From: Chiloscyllium plagiosum
Lineage: Eukaryota
Direction: 5' to 3'
NCBI RefSeq assembly: GCF_004010195.1
Contig: NC_057757.1
Span: forward strand, 7,563,953-7,621,054
DNA: 57,102 bases
The position numbers and the translations under genes were made by a program. Each line of letters starts with the position of its first letter. Position 1 is the first letter of the stretch. Positions 12,738 to 25,580 of this stretch are shown here, in pieces. The notes beneath the pieces are model-generated. The model had not been told where the DNA came from and ran no database searches. It saw only the letters and a list, made by a program, of their open reading frames with translations.

Positions 12738-13635
12738 CCCCACTTTTGTTTGTCATTTGTATAAATGATTGATATGAGAATATAGTAAGCTTGCAGATGG
12801 CACCAAAATTGGTGGCATGGTAGACAGTGAAGAAGGTTAGTTACAATTACAAAGAGATCGGTTGGGTCAATGGGAAAATGGAGTTTAATTTGGATAAATG
12901 TGAGATATTGCATTTTGGTCAAACAAACAAGGGACAGAACTTATACAATTAAAAGTAGGGCCTTGGGTAGTTTTGTTGAACAGAGAGTCCTAATTCTTTG
13001 AAGTTTGTATCACATGTAATTAGGTTGGTTAAGAAAGTGTTTAACACATTTGCCTTAATTGCTCAGATCTCAGAGTATTGGAATTGAAACATTTAGTTGA
13101 GGTTGTCCAGGATGTTGGTGAGGTGTGGAATACCATGTGCAGTTCTGTTCACCCTGTTATAGGAGGCTGAAGAGGGTTCAAAAGAGACTTAGCAGGGGGT
13201 TGCTGGGAATGGGGAGTTTGAGCTATGTAGGCTGGAACGTTTCTTATTGGAACATAGGAGAGGTGACCTTGTAGAGGTTTAAAACATCATGAGAGGTATT
13301 GATAAGGTGAGTGGCAGGTGTCTTTTCTCTAGGATGGGGGATTTTAAGAGGACGGGGCATATTTTTAAGGTGAGAGGAGAAAGATTTAAAAAGACATGTC
13401 TGCAATTTTTTTCACACCGGGTGGTTCATGTGTGTGGAATGAACTTCCAGAGGAAGTGGTAGATGTGAGTACAGTTAGAACACTTAAAAGACATTTGGAT
13501 AAGTACATGAATAAGGAATGTTTGGAGGGAAATGGGCCAAGGGCAGGCAAGTGAGGCTAGTTTAGTTTGGGATGATGGTTGGCACGGACTGGTTAGACCG
13601 AAGGGTTTGTTGCCAAGCTGTCTGACTCTATGACC
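12738..13635 (+). mobile_element. Decayed CR1 LINE 3' portion
   Basis: aagcttgcagatggcaccaaaattggtggc (KFADDTKIGG-like), ttgcattttgg, CR1-type 3' UTR ending tgactctatgac. Confidence 0.85.
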
Positions 13636-13857
13636 CGATGAGTCTGATGGGGACAGTTGCGATTGGGAAGGAACAGGATTGGAACTAGAAGAATGTTAAG
13701 GCTAACTGGGTAGCAGGAAGGCGAGTGGCGCTGAACATCACCAGCTGGCTCAGCCCAGACACAATGGACAGAAAGGCCTCAATCTCTGCTGCAACTGTTG
13801 TGTAATTGTAACCTAATCCTGTTTTGCACTGTACAGCAGCAACTTTTAAGGTGTTGG

Positions 13858-16612
13858 TCAGTCAGTACAGAGGGAGCACTGCACTGTCAGAGGGTCAGTG
13901 CTGAGGGAGCACTGCACTGTCAGAGGGTCAGTGCTGAGGGAGTGCCGCACTGCCAGAGGGGCAGTGCTGAGGGAGTGCCGCACTGCCAGAGGGTCAGTGC
14001 TGAGGGAGTGCCGCACTGCCAGAGGGTCAGTGCTGAGGGAGCGCCGCAGCCTCACAGCGCCAGAGACCCGGGTTCAATTCCCGCCTCAGGCGACTGACTG
14101 TGTGGAGTTTGCACGTTCTCCCCGTGTCTGCGTGGGTTTCCTCCGGGTGCTCCGGTTTCCTCCCACAGTCACAAAGATGTGCAGGGTCAGGTTAATTGGC
14201 TATGCTAAATTGCCCGTAGTGTTAGATAAGGGGTAAATGTAGGGGTATGGGTGGGTTTCGCTTCGGTGGGTTGGTGTGGACTTGTTGGGCCGAAGGGCCT
14301 GTTTCCACACTGTAATCTAATCTAAAAAAAAATCTAATCTGCCAGAGGGTCAGTGCTGAGGGAGTGCTGCACTGTCAGAGGGTCAGTGCTGAGGGAATAC
14401 CGCACTGCCAGAGGGTCAGTGCTGAGGCAGTGCTGCACTGTCAGAAGGCCAGTGCTAAGGGAGCACTGCACTTTTAGAGGATTATTACTGAAAGAGCACC
14501 ATACTATCAGGAGGCCAGCGCTAAGGAAGTCCTACATTGTTGGAGGGTGGGCGCTGAGACAGTGCCACACTGTCAGAGGGTCAGTGCTGAGGGAGTGCCA
14601 CACTGTCGAAGGGTCAGTGCTGAGGGAGTGCCACACTGACAGAGGGTCACTTCTGAGGGAGTGCCACACTGTCGAAGGGTCAGTGCTGAGGCAGAGCTGT
14701 AGTGTCGGAGGGTCAGTGCTGAGGGAGTGCTGCACTGTCGGAGGGTCAGTACTGGGGCAGCACTGCACTGTCGGAGGGTCAGTGTTGAGGGAGTGCCGCA
14801 CTGTGAGATGGTCAATTCTGAGGGAAAGCTGTACGGACGGAGGGTCAGTGCTGAGGGAGCGCCGCACTGTCAGAGGGTCAGTACTGAGGGTGTGCCGCAC
14901 TGTCAGAGCGTCAGTGCTGAGGGAGTGCTGCACTGTTGGGGGGGTCAGTGCTGAGGGAGTGCTGCACTGTTGGGGGGTCAGTGCTGAGGGAGTGCTGCAC
15001 TGTCAGAGGGTCAGTGCTGAGGGAATGCTGCACTGTCAGAGGGTCAGTCCTGACTGTGTGCCCCCCTGTCGGAGAGTCAGTGCTGAGGGTGTGCCACACT
15101 TTTGGGGTAGTCAGTGCTGAGGGAGTGCTGCACTGTAGGTGGGTCAGTGCTGCGGTAGTGCTGCACTGTCAGAGGGTCTGTACTGTGGGAGTGCCGCACT
15201 GTTGGCGGGTCAGTGCTGAGGGAGTGCCACACTGTTGGAGGGTATGTGTTGAGGCAGTGCCATACTGTCGGAGGGTCAGCACTGAGGGAGTGCTGCACTG
15301 CCAGAGGGTCAGTGCTGAGGGAATGCTGCACTGTCATTGGGTCAGTGCTGAGGGAATGCTGCACTGTCAGAGGGTCAGTGCTGAGGGAGTGCCGCACTGT
15401 CGAGAGGGTCAGTGCTGAGATGACACTACACTGTCAGAGGGTCAGTGTTAAGGGAGCACACTTCTGAGGGAGTGCCACACTGTCGTAGGGTCAGTGCTGA
15501 GGCAGAGCTGTAGTGTCGGAGGGTCAGTGCTGAGGGAGTGCTGCACTGTCGGAGGGTCAGTGCTGAGGGAGTGCTGCACTGTCAGAAGGCCAGTGCTAAG
15601 GGAGTGCCACACTGTCGAAGGGTCAGTGCTGAGGCAGTGCTGTACTGTCGGAAGGTCAGTGCTCAGGGAGTGCCACACTGTCAGAGGGTCAGTGCTGAGG
15701 CACTGCTGTACTGTTGGAGGATCAGTGCTGAGGGAGCACCACACTGTCAAAAGGTCAGTGCTGAGGGAGTGGGACGCTGTCGGAGGGTCAGTGCTGAGGG
15801 ACTGCCGCACTGTTGGAGGGTCAGTGCTGAGGGAATGCTGCACTGTCAGAGGGTCAGTGCTGAGGGAGTGCCGCACTGTCGGAGGATCTGTGCTGAGGGA
15901 ATGCCACACTGTCGGGAGGGTCAGCACTGAAGGAGTGCCACGCTGTTGTAGGGTCAGCGCTGAGAGAGTGCTGCACTGTCGGGAGGGTCAGTGCTGAGGT
16001 GGCAGTACACTGTAGGAGGGTCAGTGTTAAGGGAGCACTGCACTTTTAGAGGGTCATTACTGAAAGAGCATCATACTATCAGAAGGCCAGTGCTAAGGAA
16101 GTCCTACATTGTCAGAGAGTCAGCGCTGAGGGAGTGCCACACTGTCGGAGGGTCAGTGCTGAGGGTGTGCTGCACTGTCGGAGGGTCAGGGCTGAGGCAG
16201 TGCCACACTGTCAGAGGGTCAGTGCTGAGGGAGTGCCACAGTGTCAGAGGATCAGTGCTGAGGGAGTGTCACAGTGTCAGAGTGTCAGTGCTGAGGTAGT
16301 GCCGCACTGTCAGAGGGTCAGTGCTGAGGCAGTCCACACTGTCGGAGGTTCAGTGCTGAGGGGCTGCTTTGTTGCCAGAAGGTCAGTACCAAGGGATTAC
16401 CATAATGTTCTAGGGTCAGTGCTGCAGAAGCAGCACACTGTCAGTGGATCAGCACTGAGGGAGAGGATACTGTTGGAGACTTAGAGCTGAGGGAGTGCTG
16501 CAGTGTTGTAAAACCAGTGCTAAGGGAGTGCTGCGCTGTCAGACGGTCAGTAGTGAGGGAGTGCTGTGCAGCTGGAGGGTCAGTGCTGAGGGAGAGCTGC
16601 ACTGTCAGGGGG
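13858..16612. repeat. 34-bp minisatellite (gagggtcagtgctgagggagtgcYgcactgtcRg), ~70 units, interrupted by a SINE
   Basis: Direct tandem units; unit contains the inverted pair cagtgc...gcactg; degenerate minus-strand copy at ~26560-27080. Confidence 0.95.
14045..14340 (+). mobile_element. V-SINE/HE1-type SINE (5'-truncated) inserted in the 34-bp array
   Basis: B box gggttcaattccc, core tgtgtggagtttgcacgttctccccgtgtctgcgtgggtttcctccgggtgctccggtttcctcccac, tail taatctaatct; CpGs retained. Confidence 0.92.
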
Positions 16613-17584
16613 TTATTACCCAGGATATCATGATAGGGTAGATTTCTCCTTAGTTGGCCTGGGTCAAAGTTTTTCCTTCAATATCTTTCTCTGGTGAATA
16701 TCATGCTGTCCATTTAGAATGCTGTGAAAGGTGCTACAGCAATGCAATTTTGTGTCTTTGTATTTTTGTTGTGATTAGACAAGGTTGCCACAGAGAGACT
16801 GCTTCCCCCCCCCTTACTGGGCAAGCTCCGACAGAGAGACACAGTCTTTGGTTGACTGTGAGGAGCAGAGCTCAGTATTTCAGCTTCTCAGGCCTGTTGT
16901 GGAATTTAATAAGGTCAATTCACTGCTGGGGGTTGTGGGGGGGGGGGGGGGTGGGGGGGTTGGGGTGACAGGGGAGGAGTTTGTGTTTGGGTTTGTCTGG
17001 CTTCAAAGGGGTATGTGGGTTCAGGAGATGGTGGCACCAGGGCTTTAAGCACTGTCTGGGCTCTTGGGGTGTTATAGCTCAGATACCCCCTCATCACAGA
17101 CACTGAATTTAATCCTAAGGGCTACCAAACCTGAATTTCAGTCAGGCTAACACAAGAACCTAAGCCACTCACGAGGGAAATCTAAATGTCTTTTTGAAGA
17201 TTTTTGATTTTTCTCCAATCAAAGACTGGGCAGTGAGGGTGGCAGTACACAGGGAGCCAGGGTGGATTTATGCCCGGGAATGATGAGATATGCGGCAAAA
17301 TGTGGGTGAATGTGTGATTGGCCAGCGAGTTTTCACACCTTCTTTATTCTCTTCCCCAGTCTCCGTGGAATACCCTTCCACAACTCACACCAACTGATTT
17401 CAATGTCAATACGTCACGCTGTAATTACACCCTCCACCACTGGTGTGGAGAGGGGCAGTGTGGGGCAGCACCCTATCGTTTCCTCAGTGATTCCACCCCT
17501 CTCTCCTGAAGCCCTGTGCTAATGTCAATCTTGACGTGTGGAAGATTTTTTTCAATGTTATTGCTAATTTTAATTGAAGACCTA

Positions 17585-17712
17585 TCTGACCTGCCGGAAG
17601 AGCAGCGCTCCGAAAGCTCGTGATTTCAAATAAATAATTTGGACTATAACCTGGTGTTGTGCGACCTCTGACCTTGTCCACTCCAGTCTGACTCTGGCAC
17701 CTCCACATCATG
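17585..17712 (+). mobile_element. Penelope-like terminus fragment (second subfamily)
   Basis: gagcagcgctccgaaagct (stem II + GAAA + palindromic AGCT) followed by ttggactataacctggtgttgtg, homologous to 33673-33885. Confidence 0.65.
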
Positions 17713-18929
17713 GCTTTCAAACTGTGTCCATTTACAAGGGGGGAATGGTTTCTCCCTCACGGATCCCTCACGGTTCTGAAAATCTACACAAGCCCCAACT
17801 TGTCCAATCCATTCCAATGTCTGAAGTTTCTCATTCTTGAAGCCGTTCTTGTAAATCGCGTCTGCTATCTCTCCAATGTGTTCACATCCTTCCTAAAGTG
17901 TGGAGCTCTGGAACTGTACAGAGCACTCCCCCGCAGAGGTCTCATCAGTGATCTGTAAAGATTCAGCATTTCTCTGTTTTGTCTCTCCGGCACTCTCTGC
18001 TCCTGGACAGTTTTGAGGAATCCATGCTCTTCTCTTTCCTTCTAACCCTTGTCCCTAAGTGGACTGACACTGAGTCATTTGGATCTCACTGGCTGTGTTA
18101 TCCTGACCCACCCACTCCCCCACTGAATATACAGCCCCCTCAATGTATAAACATCCCCCAGCATAGAATCCCACAATCAGAGGAAACCCATTCAAACCAT
18201 CATGTCTTCTGATGGTCCTCCTACGATGCCAGACATGGACCTCCCCTCCTCTGCCCTCTCCCCACATTCCTCTTTGTCGGAAATTTAGGACGTGAAGAAA
18301 CATTGGCAGGTAGTGAGTGAGGTCACTCGGGAGCTGGGTGCATTCTGACTCCCTGAGGAATGATATTTTAATTTACGTTTAGGTTGTCGTTTGGGAAATT
18401 TCCGACTTGGTTACCGGAGGGGGGGGGGGTGGGGGGTACTGACCTCTCTGCTGAGGGAAGTCGGTCTTTCCCCAGGCCATTTCCTTCAGCTTCCCCTGTT
18501 CCAAGGGGATCAAACTCAGCCTGTCGCATTTTCTCTCCATTTCTCAGGCTAAGCAATGTGACCGTTGATTTCCTCTGTTGGTTCTCTCATGTAACTGTGT
18601 CCTTGCGATAGATCCCTTCAGGCCCGGGGGACTTACCTACCGTAATGTTTTTGAAGCCCCCCTCCTCCTTAATACAGCATTCCTTCGAGTACCAACAAAC
18701 CCCTCTCTGAACGACCCAGCATTCATGTCTTTCTCCTTGGGACCTCGCCCACTGCTTCCGGCCCCTCACATAAATTCCTTCCTTTGTCCTTCAGTGGATC
18801 TTCCCTTTCCCTAGTTACTCCATTGCTCCTAATAGGTGGATTAAAAGCCTTAAGCTTGACCGTGATGCTACGTGCCAAGGATATTTCATGGCCCCTTCAC
18901 CCTCGCCGAATTTCTTTTTTAAAGTTCTG

Positions 18930-19095
18930 TGTCCTGGGAGGGTTTGATGGAGACAGTGTAGAGGGAGCTTTACTCTGTATCTAACCCTATCTCCTGGCAG
19001 TGTTTGATGGAGTCAGTGTAGAGGGAGCTTTACTCTGTATCTAACCCAATGCTGTCTCTGTCCTGGAAGTGTTAGATGGGGGACAGTGGAGAAGG
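18930..19095 (+). repeat. ~60-65-bp tandem repeat (gtgtttgatggRgacagtgtagagggagctttactctgtatctaacc)
   Basis: About 2.5 units here; further units at ~28727-28782 and 29484-29578. Confidence 0.8.
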
Positions 19096-19352
19096 ATTTA
19101 TTACCGTGATTTCAAAAACCTACTGAGTTTGTGCATTGTCTGGTGTAGGGGTGGTTTGTGATAGGGATCCTGGTCTCAGTTCAAGCTCAGTCACTCTGTG
19201 GGGGCAAGGTGCCAGTGCAGCGGTGGGGGTTCTCGAGGGAGGGGTGGGAACGGGGGGATTTTTGTGAATGTGGGAGGGGGGGGGGTTGGAGGACAAAACA
19301 AAGTTGGAGTTGTCTGTGTCTTTCTATAGCTCCTCCATTTGTCTCTTTACAG

Positions 19353-19448
19353 CGTGTCACATGCACCCTTATCCTCTCTGTGTTCACTGCGGTACTGGGA
19401 TCTTTGCAGTTCGGATATAACATCGGGGTTATCAACGCGCCCCAGAAG
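19353..19448 (+). CDS. slc2a4: Internal exon (TM1 region) of a class I facilitative glucose transporter, most similar to GLUT4
   Basis: Pyrimidine tract + CAG acceptor (19350-19352), 96 nt encoding [32 protein letters not shown], donor GTAAGA at 19449. RVTxTL and GYNIG match GLUT4 (GLUT1/3 have GYNTG, GLUT2 GYDIG). Family assignment is strong, paralog assignment moderate. Confidence 0.85.
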
Positions 19449-19449
19449 G

Positions 19450-20423
19450 TAAGAGCATCAACGAGGGAGAGACCAAGAGTGAGGGGAGAAGGGCACAGAC
19501 AGACAGAGAGCGCAAGAGAGAGAGAGATGGGGGTAAGAGAGGAGGGAGAGAAAGCAGCTAGAGAGAGAGAGAAGAGTGAAGGGAGCGAGGGGAGAGTGAA
19601 TTAAGAGATAAACAGTGGGAGAGAGATGGTTGGGAGAAAGGTAGGGAGAGTTGGGAGTTAGATGGCTGTTGGAGAGAGACAGCGAGGAGAGAGGCAGCAG
19701 GCAGAGAGAAATGGGAGGAAGAGAGACAAGGAGAGAGAGAGAGAGAGCACAATGGGGTAAAAAGAGAGGGAAAAAGCAATGGGGGGCAAGGTAGAGAGTC
19801 CAAGGGAGGTGAGAAGAGAGGATGAGAGAGAGGAGGAAAAAAATGATGTGAGAGAGAGGTTGGGGAGTGAAGGGAGAGTCAGCAAGTGAGACGTGGAGGA
19901 GAGAGGGAAGGAAGGGCTGCAGAGAGTGAGTGAGATTGGGACTGGGAACAAAATGGCTGAAAGAGAGGTGGGGGAAGACAGATTGTCAGGAAAAAGCAGG
20001 GAATGGGGAGAGTTGGGAATGGGCAGAGAACGGGGCGGTGTGTGGAAAAGGGATGGGAAGGGTGGAGAGCAGAGAAAGAAAGAGAAAGCGAAGGTGACAA
20101 AAGATAGAGAGGCAGTGAGAGCAAGAAAAAAGTGGAGAGAGACGAAAAAAACAGAGGGGAGAGAGAGAGGGAAACGATAAGGACGAGGGGGAGGCACAAA
20201 GTGGGGAGAACTAAAATGGGCAAGAAACAGCGAGACTGGAGCAGCAGACACAGCGAGATTGTGGGATGGAAGCAAGGAGCGAGAGATTCCAAACGGACAG
20301 GTGGCAAGATGGGACCGGGGAGAGATCATGAAAGATCAAGGGAGTGAGCAAGGCAAAAAAACCAGCAAAAGTAGTGAGAGGAGAGAGCAAAAAACGTCAA
20401 AACGAAGAGGGAGCATGGGAGAT

Positions 20424-20455
<32 letters not shown>

Positions 20456-20465
20456 GAGAAGGGAG
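19450..20465. repeat. Purine (GA)-rich low-complexity intronic tract
   Basis: Long imperfect GA/AG runs. Confidence 0.85.
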
Positions 20466-21244
20466 CAGGAGTGTTGCACTGAACTGCTGGGCAGGGCTGA
20501 GCTGACCATCAGCTACAGGACCCAAGCCAGGACAAAGTGAGGGAGCAGCAGCTGTGAGCAGGAATGCACGATGGACAGGGATGTGAGTCCGCATTTGCCT
20601 TGATGGTAGGAAGCAGCTACTGGGGGCTGGGGCTGTGGGCCAGACAGCAAGGTTCACAGACCTGACCGCGAGNNNNNNNNNNNNNNNNNNNNNNNNNNNN
20701 NNNNNNNNNNNNNNNNNNNNNNNNNNNNNNNNNNNNNNNNNNNNNNNNNNNNNNNNNNNNNNNNNNNNNNNNNNNNNNNNNNNNNNNNNNNNNNNNNNNN
20801 NNNNNNNNNNNNNNNNNNNNNNNNNNNNNNNNNNNNNNNNNNNNNNNNNNNNNNNNNNNNNNNNNNNNNNNNNNNNNNNNNNNNNNNNNNNNNNNNNNNN
20901 NNNNNNNNNNNNNNNNNNNNNNNNNNNNNNNNNNNNNNNNNNNNNNNNNNNNNNNNNNNNNNNNNNNNNNNNNNNNNNNNNNNNNNNNNNNNNNNNNNNN
21001 NNNNNNNNNNNNNNNNNNNNNNNNNNNNNNNNNNNNNNNNNNNNNNNNNNNNNNNNNNNNNNNNNNNNNNNNNNNNNNNNNNNNNNNNNNNNNNNNNNNN
21101 NNNNNNNNNNNNNNNNNNNNNNNNNNNNNNNNNNNNNNNNNNNNNNNNNNNNNNNNNNNNNNNNNNNNNNNNNNNNNNNNNNNNNNNNNNNNNNNNNNNN
21201 NNNNNNNNNNNNNNNNNNNNNNNNNNNNNNNNNNNNNNNNNNNN

Positions 21245-22690
21245 CAGGCAGGTAGGTACAGGCACAGCAACACAGGCAGGTAGGTACAGGCACAGCAACA
21301 CAGGCAGGTAGGTACAGGCACAGCAACACAGGCAGGTAGGTACAGGCACAGCAACACAGGCAGGTAGGTACAGGCACAGCAACACAGGCAGGTAGGTACA
21401 GGCACAGCAACACAGGCAGGTAGGTACAGGCACAGCAACACAGGCAGGTAGGTACAGGCACAGCAACACAGGCAGGTAGGTACAGGCACAGCAACACAGG
21501 CAGGTAGGTACAGGCACAGCAACACAGGCAGGTAGGTACAGGCACAGCAACACAGGCAGGTAGGTACAGGCACAGCAACACAGGCAGGTAGGTACAGGCA
21601 CAGCAACACAGGCAGGTAGGTACAGGCACAGCAACACAGGCAGGTAGGTACAGGCACAGCAACACAGGCAGGTAGGTACAGGCACAGCAACACAGGCAGG
21701 TAGGTACAGGCACAGCAACACAGGCAGGTAGGTACAGGCACAGCAACACAGGCAGGTAGGTACAGGCACAGCAACACAGGCAGGTAGGTACAGGCACAGC
21801 AACACAGGCAGGCATGTAGGTACAGGCACAGCAACACTGGCAGACCGGTAGGTACAGGGACAGCAACACAGGCAGGCAGATAGGTACAAGCACAGCAACA
21901 CAGGCAGGCAGATAGGTACAAGCACAGCAACACAGGCAGGCAGGTAGGTACAGGGACAGCAACACAGGCAGGCAGATAGGTACAAGCACAGCAACACAGT
22001 CAGGCAGTAGGTACAGGCACAGCTACACNNNNNNNNNNNNNNNNNNNNNNNNNNNNNNNNNNNNNNNNNNNNNNNNNNNNNNNNNNNNNNNNNNNNNNNN
22101 NNNNNNNNNNNNNNNNNNNNNNNNNNNNNNNNNNNNNNNNNNNNNNCAGGCAGGCAGGTAGGTACAGGCACAGCAACACAGGCAGGCAGTAGGTACAGGC
22201 ACAGCAACACAGGCAGGTAGGTACAGGCACAGCAACACAGGCAGGTAGGGACAGGCACAGCGACACAGGCAGGTAGGTAGGTACAGGCACAGCAACACAG
22301 GCAGCCAGGTAGGTACAGGCACAGCAACACAGGCTGACAGATAGGTACAGGCACAGGCACAGCAACACAGGCAGGCTGGTAGGTACAGGCACAGCAACGC
22401 AGGCAGGCAGGTAGGTACGTACAAGGACAGCTACACAGCCTGACAGGTAGGTACAGGCACAGCAACACAGGCAGGCAGGTAGGTTCAGGAACAGCAACAC
22501 ACGCTGACAGGTAGGTATAGGCACAGCAACACAGGCAGGCAGGTAGATACCGGCACAGCAACACAGGCAGGCAGATAGGTACAGGCACGGCAACACAGGC
22601 AGGCAGGTAGGTACAGGGACAGCTACACAGGCTGACAGGTAGATACCGGCACAGCAATACTGGCTGACAGGTAGGTACAGGCACAGCACA
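21245..22690. repeat. 28-bp minisatellite caggcaggtaggtacaggcacagcaaca
   Basis: About 20 perfect units to ~21810, then diverged units; grades into CA-rich low complexity to ~23870. Confidence 0.97.
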
Positions 22691-22861
22691 AAGACACTCA
22701 CACAGACAGACAGATGCACCAGCACAGGTAGACACACAGCACATACATCCACACACAGCCAAGCAGACATAGACACAGCACGTACTGATGCACCAACACA
22801 GACACACAGATACAGGCGCAGTACACATGCACACACACTCACACACACACATAGACAAACC

Positions 22862-23051
22862 GAGAGTGTGGTGCTGGTAAAGCACAGCCGATCAGGCAGC
22901 ATCTGAGGAGCAGGAGAATCGATGTTTTGGGCAAGAGCCCTTCATCAGGAATGATTTTCTGCTCCTCGAATGCTGCCTGACCTGCTGTGCTTTTCCAGCA
23001 ACACACTCTTGACTCTGATCTCCAGCATCTGCAGTCCTCAATCTCTCCTAG
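22862..23051. mobile_element. Penelope-like fold-back element, degenerate hammerhead core on minus strand
   Basis: Same inverted arms; minus strand reads CTGATGAAGGGCTCTTGCCCAAAACATC. Confidence 0.75.
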
Positions 23052-23869
23052 AAGCAGAAAAACCGGCATAGACATACACATACACACACTGAAACAGGCA
23101 GACCAAGACAGACGCAGCACACAGAGACATATTGACACAAACAGATGCATAGATACAGACACTACACACACAGGTACCCACACACTGTCAAACAGACAAA
23201 CCAACACACACACACACACACAGGCAGACTGAAACAGACGCAACACACATAGTCACAGACAGACAGTTACAGACTCAGCACAACAATACTCACACAGACA
23301 CAGAGACAAAGACACATAGACACAGACAGATAGATAGTTTCAGACTCAGCACAACAATACTCACACAGACACAGAGACAAAGACACATAGACACAGACAG
23401 ACAGATAGTTACATACTCAGCACAACAATACTCACACAGACACAGACAAAGACACAGACAAAATACAAAGACACTCATACAGATTCACTGACACAGACAG
23501 ACACATAGATACAGACACAATATACACTCACACAGACAAACAAACACACCAACACAGACTGACAAATACATACAGACACAACACACTCACAGACAAAAAG
23601 ATACACATGTAGATATACAGGCAAGGCATGCAGACACACACAACACATATACGCAGACACCACGCACACATGCAGTTTAATGCACACACACAAACAGAGA
23701 TGCACACATAAACAGGTGCACACACACAGAAACACTGAGACAGGGGCAGACACAGCCCTTGTTGAGTGCACTGAAACACAGGGACAGACATTTACGTGCA
23801 CCCGCGCACACTCTGAGACATGTGCATGTGCACATACAGACACATGTAGGCACAAACACGGAAACACAT

Positions 23870-24150
23870 GGATCTGCAAGGTACAAGTCAGGAGTAGGAT
23901 GTAATATTCCTCACTTGCCTGGACGGGGCAGTTCCGACAGCACCCAAGCAGCTCGATACCATCCAGGGGCAAAGGAGCCACCCCTCGCCAGGTTGATTGG
24001 CATCAAATCCACAAGCATTCCACTCCCTCCACCACCGACACTCAGTAGCAGCAGTGTGTACCGTCTACAACATGCACTGCAGAAATTCACCAAAGATCCT
24101 AAGACAGCACCTTCCAAAGTCAGGATTACTACCAACTAGAGCAGCAGATA
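23870..24150 (+). mobile_element. Non-LTR retrotransposon ORF2 C-terminal fragment (CR1-group lineage distinct from the main CR1); second piece at ~31625-31735
   Basis: Translates ICKVQVRSRM*YSSLAW...LDTIQ...ARLIG...HSLHHRHSVAAVCTVYNMHC. Confidence 0.7.
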
Positions 24151-24679
24151 NNNNNNNNNNNNNNNNNNNNNNNNNNNNNNNNNNNNNNNNNNNNNNNNNN
24201 NNNNNNNNNNNNNNNNNNNNNNNNNNNNNNNNNNNNNNNNNNNNNNNNNNNNNNNNNNNNNNNNNNNNNNNNNNNNNNNNNNNNNNNNNNNNNNNNNNNN
24301 NNNNNNNNNNNNNNNNNNNNNNNNNNNNNNNNNNNNNNNNNNNNNNNNNNNNNNNNNNNNNNNNNNNNNNNNNNNNNNNNNNNNNNNNNNNNNNNNNNNN
24401 NNNNNNNNNNNNNNNNNNNNNNNNNNNNNNNNNNNNNNNNNNNNNNNNNNNNNNNNNNNNNNNNNNNNNNNNNNNNNNNNNNNNNNNNNNNNNNNNNNNN
24501 NNNNNNNNNNNNNNNNNNNNNNNNNNNNNNNNNNNNNNNNNNNNNNNNNNNNNNNNNNNNNNNNNNNNNNNNNNNNNNNNNNNNNNNNNNNNNNNNNNNN
24601 NNNNNNNNNNNNNNNNNNNNNNNNNNNNNNNNNNNNNNNNNNNNNNNNNNCAGCCATGACCTTATTGAATGGTGCACCA

Positions 24680-24985
24680 AAATGACAGTCCAAACCGAGA
24701 GGGCATAGGTTTAAGGTTAGAGTGGAAAGATTTAAATGGGACATGAGAGGCAACTTTTTCATAAAGAGGGTAGTTCATGTATAAAATGAGCTGCCAGGGG
24801 AAGTGGTGGGGCTTGGCACAATTACAGCATTTAAAAGGCATCTGAATGGGGATATGAATAGGAAGGGTTTAGAGGGATATTCGCCATGTGCTGGCAAATT
24901 GGAATGGGTTTATCTCGGATACCTGGTCAGCATGGATGAGTTGGACTGAAAGATCTGTTTCCATTCTGTACATCTCTATGACTCG
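24680..24985 (+). mobile_element. CR1 3' end
   Basis: gagagggcataggtttaagg...atgagctgccagggg...ctgtacatctctatgactc. Confidence 0.85.
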
Positions 24986-25009
24986 AATGGAAGTCAACTT
25001 ATTATGCTT

Positions 25010-25580
25010 GTGTTCCAATGTTGTTTAGTTGCTTCCTGCATTGGAACACATCAAAAGCTTTCTGAAAGTCAATTTATTATGACACATTGCAGTGTTCCAA
25101 TGTTGTTTAGTTGCTTCCTGCATTGGAACACATCAAAAGCCTTCTGAAAATCTGTGTTCACCGCAGATTACACCGCAGATTACACCGCAGATTACACCGC
25201 AGATTTGCGACTTTGTTTGGATAATCCACACACAAAGACAACTGGCAGGCTGTTAAAAAATAATTTCCCATTCATACATTTGCATTAAACCTGCCCAGTT
25301 ATTTTCTCAGCATCTGGGTGCCAACATATTTTATAATAGACCATTAATTTCCAACTATTTACATTGTATCATAAATTCGACATTCCCTACTTTCTCCTTC
25401 CGTCCCTTCTTAAACAGTAGGATATAACTCTGAAACCTGCCCAGTTATTTTCTCAGCATCTGGGTGCCAACATATTTTATAATAGACCATTAATTTCCAA
25501 CTATTTACATTGTATCTTAAATTCGACATTTCCTACTTTCTCCTTCCGTCCCTTCTTAAACAGTAGGATATAACTCTGAA
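25010..25580. repeat. Cluster of local duplications: 58-bp hairpin unit x2, 12-bp x4, 146-bp x2
   Basis: 25010-25067/25092-25149; (caccgcagatta)4 at 25159-25205; 25287-25432/25433-25580. Confidence 0.9.

Noticed and set aside
13798..16484. Cys/His-rich ORFs resembling zinc fingers, and a CRISPR-like look
   Set aside because: Products of the 34-bp tandem repeat; no C2H2 spacing or linkers, no unique spacers, no cas genes, eukaryotic context
13858..16612. RSS-heptamer-like cactgt motifs in minisatellites
   Set aside because: No nonamer at 12/23 spacing and no V/D/J segments nearby
20397..22902. 300-743-aa Cys-rich ORFs
   Set aside because: Read through N gaps and a 28-bp minisatellite
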